From an uncultured Gemmatimonadales bacterium (GTDB taxonomy: Bacteria > Gemmatimonadota > Gemmatimonadetes > Gemmatimonadales > Gemmatimonadaceae): DNA of 64,000 nt. A model generated the notes under the pieces. That model ran no database searches, was not told the origin of the DNA, and worked only from the letters and a program-made list of their open reading frames with translations. The DNA lies in NCBI GenBank assembly GCA_963793305.1, contig CAWBZV010000005.1, forward strand, positions 896,001 through 960,000. The letters are read 5' to 3'. The stretch's first letter is position 1; every line of letters begins with the position of its first letter. Made by a program: the position numbers and the translations under genes. This document shows positions 58,052 through 64,000 of this stretch, in pieces.

Positions 58052-59527
58052 ATGGCGAGTATTCGGGCGCAGCTGACAGCGGCGTACGCCGCCGCGCTCC
58101 TCACGACCGTCGCGGTGTTTGCCGCGATCTCCTACGCCACCACGCTCTCGGCCGATCGCACCGCGCGCCAGCACGCGTTGGAGCAGTACGTCGCGTCCGA
58201 AGCCGACCTCTTGCTCCGCACGGTGGAGCAGGCGGAAGCGAGTGGCGAGCCGCTCGTGACGTACACGACCGTCATCATCAACAAGAAGCTCGACAGCATT
58301 CCCAACGTGACCCCGAAGCTCCGGACCGTGCTCGAGGGCGTTCCGGACTACGCGCTCGTGCTCGACGCCAAGGGCCGCACGCTCTACAACTCGTTCGCGT
58401 TTCGCCAGCTCGATCAAGATGACCAAGTCGCGCTGAGCCAAGCCGCGCTCGCGCTGCGCGCCGACACGTTCCCGCCCGCGACCGTTAAGCTGCGCTCCCG
58501 TCAACTCCTGGTCATGGCCCGCAGCGTGCCCTCCGCCGGCCCGATCACGCGCGTCGTCGCGGGATCGGAGGCCAAGGACGAGGGCGTCGCGCCGATCGCG
58601 CTCGGCAGCGCGATCTTCATCGCAGCGCCGATCATCCTCTTGATCTCGATCGCGGCCGCCTACGTGATCGCCGGCCGGGCGTTCCGTCCGGTCGATGGGA
58701 TCATCAACGAAGTCGAGGCCATTACCGACGGCCGCAGCTTGCATCGCCGCCTGGCGCTCGACGGCTCGGGCGATGAGCTCACGCGGTTGACCCGCACGCT
58801 GAACGCAATGATCGAGCGCCTGGAAACATCGTTCGCCGCGCTGCGGCGCTTCACCGCGGATGCCAGCCACGAGCTCAAGACGCCGCTCACGGTCATGCGC
58901 GCCGACGTGGAGCGGGCGATGGCCATCCCACACGCCTCGACAGAGCAACTCGAAGCGCTTGAGGAAGCGCTGCGGGAAGTCAGGCGCATGTCAGATCTCG
59001 TGGACAGTCTCTTGACGTTGGCGCGCGCCGATGAGGGACGGTTCGATCTCATGCGTGAGCCCGTCCCACTCGAGCCCTTGGTTCGCGAGGTGTATGAAAC
59101 GGCGGTGATATTGGGTGAAGACGCCGGGATCAGCGTGTACCTGCCCGTGCTCGAAGACGTGACCGTTTCCGGCGATCCTACACGGCTCCGGCAGTTGTTT
59201 CTCAATCTGGTGACCAACGCCATCAAGTACACGCCGCGCGACGGACGCGTCGACTTGAGCCTTAGCAAACGGCTGGACGCGATCACCTTCACGGTGCGCG
59301 ACAGCGGTATCGGGATCGCCGCCAACGACTTGCCGCACATCTTCGATCGGTTCTGGCGCGCCGACCGCGTCCGTTCCCGCGCGTCCGAACGCGGCGGGTT
59401 CGGGCTGGGACTGGCCATCGCTCAATACATCGCGCACGCCCACGGTGGCTCGCTCACCGTCAGTTCTCGGCTCGGCCGTGGCAGCGTGTTTACCGTGACG
59501 CTCCCGATCGATTTAAGCAACTCTTAA
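58052..59527 (+). CDS. HAMP-domain membrane sensor histidine kinase
   Basis: Two TM segments, FTADASHELKTPL, NLVTNAIKYT, GLGLAI. Confidence 0.95.
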   Translation: MASIRAQLTAAYAAALLTTVAVFAAISYATTLSADRTARQHALEQYVASEADLLLRTVEQAEASGEPLVTYTTVIINKKLDSIPNVTPKLRTVLEGVPDYALVLDAKGRTLYNSFAFRQLDQDDQVALSQAALALRADTFPPATVKLRSRQLLVMARSVPSAGPITRVVAGSEAKDEGVAPIALGSAIFIAAPIILLISIAAAYVIAGRAFRPVDGIINEVEAITDGRSLHRRLALDGSGDELTRLTRTLNAMIERLETSFAALRRFTADASHELKTPLTVMRADVERAMAIPHASTEQLEALEEALREVRRMSDLVDSLLTLARADEGRFDLMREPVPLEPLVREVYETAVILGEDAGISVYLPVLEDVTVSGDPTRLRQLFLNLVTNAIKYTPRDGRVDLSLSKRLDAITFTVRDSGIGIAANDLPHIFDRFWRADRVRSRASERGGFGLGLAIAQYIAHAHGGSLTVSSRLGRGSVFTVTLPIDLSNS

Positions 59528-59607
59528 TCTCGTAATCATTCCGCCACAAATGTCGATGGCTAGCTTCTGGCCTTACGTGATCGAGTCTCACGCCGCCAGG
59601 AGCCCAA

Positions 59608-60312
59608 TTGTTCAACACGCTGTTGGAGTCGAGGCCCAAGAAGGAGAAGCGGGGAGGCGGGACCGTCTTTAGCGTCGTCATGCACACGCTTTTGATCGTC
59701 GGGGCCGCCGTCGCCACCGCCAATGCGGCCATCCACAACGAGAAGACGAAGGAAGAGAAGATCCAATTCGCCGAGGCCCCAAAGCCGGAGCCCCCGCCGC
59801 CGCCGAAGCAGGCGCCCCCGCCCGACGTGACGGTCGCTCCGCCGCCGCCCAAGGGCTTCCAGGTGCTGACCGCGCCGGTCAACATCCCCGACGTCCTGCC
59901 GAACGTCGACCTGTCGAAGAAGGTGACCGACGAGGCCGACTTCTCTGGTAAGGGCGTGGCCGGTGGTTCGTCGAAGGGCAAAGAAGGCGGCACAGGCGTT
60001 GTGACGGACCAACCCTACTTCGACTTCCAGGTCGAGAAGCAGGCCGGTCCAGTGCCGGGCAGTCCCACGCCGGAATACCCGGAGATGCTCCGGTCCGCGA
60101 ACATCGAGGGCGAGGTACTGGCGCAGTTCGTCGTCGACACGAGTGGCAAGGTCGACATGGTCACGTTCAAAGTGCTGAAGTCGACGAACGATGCGTTCAC
60201 CGACGCGGTCAAGCGCGCTATGCCCCGCATGAAGTTTTTCCCCGCCGAGATCGGTGGGCGCAAGGTGAAAGAGCTGGTCCAACAGCCCTACGCGTTCAAC
60301 CTGAGCAAGTAA
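59608..60312 (+). CDS. tonB: Energy transducer TonB
   Basis: TM with SxxxH motif, Pro-rich linker, PEYPEML...GEVLAQFVVD. Confidence 0.88.
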   Translation: MFNTLLESRPKKEKRGGGTVFSVVMHTLLIVGAAVATANAAIHNEKTKEEKIQFAEAPKPEPPPPPKQAPPPDVTVAPPPPKGFQVLTAPVNIPDVLPNVDLSKKVTDEADFSGKGVAGGSSKGKEGGTGVVTDQPYFDFQVEKQAGPVPGSPTPEYPEMLRSANIEGEVLAQFVVDTSGKVDMVTFKVLKSTNDAFTDAVKRAMPRMKFFPAEIGGRKVKELVQQPYAFNLSK

Positions 60313-60330
60313 CCCCGAGGCGTCGTCACA

Positions 60331-61068
60331 ATGAATCTCTCGCTGGTAGACCTCTTCGTATCGATGGGACCCTTCGCGAAGGGGATTGTCGTGGTGCTGG
60401 CCATCATGTCGATCTTCTCGCTGTCGATCATGATCCAGAAGTGGTGGAACCTCCGCTCGGCCCAGGTCGAGACCCGCAAGTTCGCACCCGAGTTCTCGCA
60501 GTTCCTCGAAGAGGACAACCTCGGCGAGGCGATCAAGCTGGCCGAAGGCTATAAGAAGTCGCACGTCGCCCGCGTGCTCGGTGGCGCCCTGGGCGAGATC
60601 AAGCCGTTGATCCAGGAAGGCTCGGTGACGGTCGCCGACATCAACTCGGCCGAGCGCGCGGTCGAGCGCGAGATGCTCATGAACATCGTGCTCTTGAAGC
60701 GCGGCCTGGGCGTGCTGGCGACGGTCGGCGCCACGGCGCCGTTCGTCGGACTGCTCGGCACGACGATGGGTATCGTGAACGCGTTCACGGGTATGGCCGC
60801 GTCGGGTTCGGGCGGTCTGTCGGCGATCTCGGCCGGTGTCGCCGAGGCGCTGATCACGACGGCGTTCGGTCTCTTGGTCGCGATCCCGGCGGTGTGGGCG
60901 TACAACTACTTCCAGACGAAGATCGACAACCTCACGGCTGAGATGACGTACTCCTCGAAGGAGATGATCGACTATCTCATCAAGGGCGTCTCGGGCGAGT
61001 TCGGTCGGTCGCGCTTCACGCGCGAGTTCAACACGGCGTCCGGCGCCAACGCGCCGATCGCGCAGTAA
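60331..61068 (+). CDS. exbB: MotA/TolQ/ExbB proton channel
   Basis: ATAPFVGLLGTT, EALITTAFGLLVAIPA. Confidence 0.9.
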   Translation: MNLSLVDLFVSMGPFAKGIVVVLAIMSIFSLSIMIQKWWNLRSAQVETRKFAPEFSQFLEEDNLGEAIKLAEGYKKSHVARVLGGALGEIKPLIQEGSVTVADINSAERAVEREMLMNIVLLKRGLGVLATVGATAPFVGLLGTTMGIVNAFTGMAASGSGGLSAISAGVAEALITTAFGLLVAIPAVWAYNYFQTKIDNLTAEMTYSSKEMIDYLIKGVSGEFGRSRFTREFNTASGANAPIAQ

Positions 61069-61077
61069 GAGGCTTCT

Positions 61078-61548
61078 ATGGCGATGTCCATGGGAGGCGG
61101 CGGAGTCAAAGCCGAGCCGAACGTCACGCCGATGATCGACGTGATGCTCGTCCTCCTCATCATCTTCATGATCGTGATTCCGGCCATCAGTGCCGGATTC
61201 AACGCCCAGCCCCCGAAGGGTGTGAACCTGAAGGCGCACCCCGAGGAGTCGAGCGACCAGGTGCTCGGCATTGACATCAATGGCGTGTACTATCTGAACA
61301 AGAAGCCGATCCGCCACGAAGATCTCGGTCCAGCGCTCAAGCAGATCTACGATAACCGGACCGAGGACAAGGTGCTGTTTCTCAAGGCGGACGCTGGCCT
61401 CGAGTACTCGAAGGTGATCGATGCCATCGACGTCGCCGCGAAGAACGGCGTGCGCATGACCGGCATGATCTCCGATCAGCGGCCGGGCACGAGCTCCGGG
61501 GTCGCCGGCGACAACCCGATGGAGAAGTCCAGTGGAGGGAAGCCATAA
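61078..61548 (+). CDS. exbD: ExbD/TolR protein
   Basis: PNVTPMIDVMLVLLIIFM. Confidence 0.9.
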   Translation: MAMSMGGGGVKAEPNVTPMIDVMLVLLIIFMIVIPAISAGFNAQPPKGVNLKAHPEESSDQVLGIDINGVYYLNKKPIRHEDLGPALKQIYDNRTEDKVLFLKADAGLEYSKVIDAIDVAAKNGVRMTGMISDQRPGTSSGVAGDNPMEKSSGGKP

Positions 61549-61964
61549 TGGCGATGTCCACTGGGGGCGGCGGCGGTCTCTCGAACGAGCCGAACGTCAC
61601 GCCAATGATCGACGTGCTGCTGGTGCTGCTGATCATCTTCATGCTCGTCGTGCCGATGGCGCGGAAGGCGATCGACATCCAGTTGCCTGATCCCACGCCG
61701 CAGCAGGTGCCTTCCACGCAGTCCGACCAGATCGTGCTCGAGGTCTGCAAGAACAACAGCTACTCGATCAACAAGCAACCGGTCGACCCGACGCCTCAGG
61801 CGCTCGCCGCGAAGATCAAACAGATCTACGATCCCCGCCCCGAGAAGATCATTTTCGTGAAGGGGTGTCCGGAAGCGAAGTATCAGGACGTCATCACCGC
61901 GATGGACATTGCGCGTGGTGGCGGCGTCAAGGTCATCGGCGTTCCGCCCAAAGATACGAAGTAG
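61548..61964 (+). CDS. exbD: ExbD/TolR protein, second copy
   Basis: PNVTPMIDVLLVLLIIFM. Confidence 0.9.
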   Translation: MAMSTGGGGGLSNEPNVTPMIDVLLVLLIIFMLVVPMARKAIDIQLPDPTPQQVPSTQSDQIVLEVCKNNSYSINKQPVDPTPQALAAKIKQIYDPRPEKIIFVKGCPEAKYQDVITAMDIARGGGVKVIGVPPKDTK

Positions 61965-61981
61965 CGGTTAGCTTTCATTCC

Positions 61982-62764
61982 GTGAGCGATCACGGACCAA
62001 CCGGCGGCCGACGACCCTATCGGCCGCCGGTAGGCATTCCGGAGGGCAATGAGCGGCGCTGGCGCGGCCTCGTCGCGTCCATTGCGATACACGTTGGCAT
62101 TCTCGCGTTGCTGCTCATCCCGCCGATCGCCGCCCTCCTGATCATCGATCCGCGCACGGCCGGCTTCTTGGGCCCCCGCGGCGGCGGCGGCGGCGGCCGC
62201 CGCGCGAGCGAGGGCCTGCACTACATGGACGCCGTGGCGCCCGCGGCGGCGACCACGAAACCGAAGCCGCCGCCTCCGGTACCACCACCGGTCCCTCCAC
62301 CACGCGTGCCGCCCAAGGTGCCTCCCCCGCAAGCGCCCGCGCCCGCGCCAGCGGCTGCCGCGCCGAGCGCCGACACCACACACGGGCAGCCCGCGTCAGG
62401 CACCGGTGGTCCAGGCTCGGGTCCAGGCACAGGTGGTGGCATTGGCGCTGGAACCGGTACCGGCATTGGGAATGGCAAGGGCCCGGGCACTGGTGGCGGC
62501 GGTGCCACGAAAATCAAGGCGACCGCGAAACTCGTCACCGCCTACTCCGTCGACCCCCCCAAACACCCGCGCCCCTTTCACCTCGTAGCCACATTCGAGG
62601 TCGCGGCCAACGGTGTAGCCCGCCTATTGAGCGTGAACAAAGCAGATGACGGGGACTTCAACAAGAAAATGCACGATCATCTGGTGGAGACTGAATTCCG
62701 CCCCGCGACACTCGCGAATGGCACCCCAGTAATAGACACAGTAGTAGTAACTGCCGACTATTGA
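61982..62764 (+). CDS. TonB-like Pro/Gly-rich protein
   Basis: SIAIH TM, Pro- and Gly-rich linker, FRPATLANGTPV C-terminus; GTG start inferred. Confidence 0.75.
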   Translation: MSDHGPTGGRRPYRPPVGIPEGNERRWRGLVASIAIHVGILALLLIPPIAALLIIDPRTAGFLGPRGGGGGGRRASEGLHYMDAVAPAAATTKPKPPPPVPPPVPPPRVPPKVPPPQAPAPAPAAAAPSADTTHGQPASGTGGPGSGPGTGGGIGAGTGTGIGNGKGPGTGGGGATKIKATAKLVTAYSVDPPKHPRPFHLVATFEVAANGVARLLSVNKADDGDFNKKMHDHLVETEFRPATLANGTPVIDTVVVTADY

Positions 62765-62778
62765 GCTCAAGCTAGGGA

Positions 62779-62911
62779 GCGAAGGCGATATGTCGTCGAA
62801 GTCGGCCTGTAGCCCCGGCGTGAACGCCGTTCCAACCGACCAGTCGAGCGGCGTATGCCGCGTCGACGCGCCGCGGAGCGGCGACGAGCTTCGACGACAT
62901 ATCGCCTTCGC
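62779..62911. repeat. Hairpin-rich REP-like element, copy C, with perfect 23-bp terminal inverted repeats
   Basis: gcgaaggcgatatgtcgtcgaag at 62779-62801 and its reverse complement at 62889-62911; core shared with 48108-48160. Confidence 0.88.
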
Positions 62912-62986
62912 GACGACGCTGGGCACCGCTAGCCAAGCCCTTCCCGCCGGGGTAGTTTTGCCAAGCTTTTTCACGCCCGAGGTGGA

Positions 62987-64000
62987 ATGACGAGCGTCGC
63001 CGCGCATCCGGACGCGACACGAGCTGCAGACTCACGACCGCACGCGGACTTCGTCAGAGCCCTGACCCTCACCGACGCGACCATGCTGGTCGCCGGCTCG
63101 ATGGTCGGCTCGGGTATCTTTATCGTCTCTGCCGATATCTCGCGCACGGTTGGATGGCCGGTCTGGCTCCTCGCGGCCTGGGTGATGACCGGCATCATCA
63201 CGCTGCTCGGCGCGCTCGCCTACGGTGAGCTCGCCGCGATGTTCCCAAACGCCGGCGGCCAATACGTCTACCTGCGCGAATCCCTCGGCCCGCTGATCGG
63301 ATTCCTCTACGGCTGGACGTTGTTCGTCGTCATTCAGACCGGCACGATCGCCGCGGTCGCCGTAGCCTTCGCGAAGTACCTCGGCGTCATCATCCCGTCA
63401 TTATCGCCCGATGCGTTCACGTGGCTCCCACACGCGGCGGTCAAGACACCCGATGGATCGATCGAAATCGGCCTCTCGCCACAGCGCATCGTCGCCATTC
63501 TCTCCCTCTGGGTCCTGACCTGGATCAACCTTCGCGGCATTCGCGAGGGCAAGTTCATCCAAACGACCCTCACCGTTATCAAAGTCACGGCGCTCGTCGC
63601 CCTGATCCTGTTGGGTCTCACGGTCGGCCGCAACGCCACCGCTCTCGCGGCGAATTTCAGCGCCGGCCACTTCGCGCCGAACCTGTCGTCGCTCGCCCCC
63701 GCCTTCGCGATCGTCTTCGCCTCGGCCATGGTCGGCTCGCTCTTCTCGAGCGACGCCTGGAACAACGTGACGTTCGCCGCCGCCGAAGTCCAAAACCCCA
63801 AGCGCAATCTGCCGCTCGCGCTGGTGCTCGGCACGGGCCTGGTAATGCTCCTCTACGTGTCGGCCAACATCTCGTATCTCAGCGTGCTCCCGCTGCATGC
63901 GATCGCCACGGCGCCGCAAGATCGCGTCGCGACCGCCGCCATCGCCGTGGTCTTCGGCAGCTCGGCCGCCGTGATCATGGCCGTGGCCATTCTCATCTCG
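62987..64000 (+). CDS. APC-family amino acid permease, truncated by the right window edge
   Basis: Hand translation: LVAGSMVGSGIFIV, GALAYGELAAMFPNAGGQYVYLRE, DAWNNVTF, NPKRNLP. Confidence 0.95.
   Translation, partial: MTSVAAHPDATRAADSRPHADFVRALTLTDATMLVAGSMVGSGIFIVSADISRTVGWPVWLLAAWVMTGIITLLGALAYGELAAMFPNAGGQYVYLRESLGPLIGFLYGWTLFVVIQTGTIAAVAVAFAKYLGVIIPSLSPDAFTWLPHAAVKTPDGSIEIGLSPQRIVAILSLWVLTWINLRGIREGKFIQTTLTVIKVTALVALILLGLTVGRNATALAANFSAGHFAPNLSSLAPAFAIVFASAMVGSLFSSDAWNNVTFAAAEVQNPKRNLPLALVLGTGLVMLLYVSANISYLSVLPLHAIATAPQDRVATAAIAVVFGSSAAVIMAVAILIS

Noticed and set aside
56453..61317. 831-aa and 585-aa minus-strand ORFs
   Set aside because: Antisense to clear two-component and tonB/exbBD genes; typical high-GC artefacts.
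62170..62510. Low-complexity Gly/Pro repeats
   Set aside because: Normal linker of a TonB-like protein.
1..64000. tRNA, rRNA, integrase, transposase or prophage genes
   Set aside because: None recognised by eye; a tRNA/Rfam scan was not possible, so small RNAs could have been missed.

Overview
GC-rich bacterial chromosome segment; the gene repertoire (ADOP-type permease, ECF sigma plus Ser/Thr kinase-TPR, DUF5117-type metalloprotease, TonB/ExbBD style) suggests Gemmatimonadota (inference). The centrepiece (about 14.6-32.3 kb, minus strand) is a complete group 1h high-affinity [NiFe]-hydrogenase locus: hhySL, NifU-like, three conserved accessory genes, protease, YceI, hypCDE, double-SIS protein, glutaredoxin, hypFAB and a Ni permease. 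It is headed by a second, orphan small-subunit gene coupled to a soluble PAS histidine kinase and a NarL/LuxR regulator, with tandem palindromes in front of hhySL: a candidate H2/redox-sensing module. A second highlight (44-48 kb) is a Tat-type protein with an in-frame UGA followed by a SECIS-like hairpin (candidate new selenoprotein), translationally coupled to a divergent cbb3-like oxidase operon. Also present: a dehalogenase-like gene group, a family of hairpin-rich REP-like elements (two read in frame inside ORFs), many apparently leaderless genes, a 15-bp VNTR, two-component systems and a TonB-ExbBD cluster. About ten genes carry single +1 insertions that look like long-read assembly errors. 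No rRNA, tRNA, CRISPR array or transposase was recognised. All family calls come from motif recognition by eye, not from database searches.
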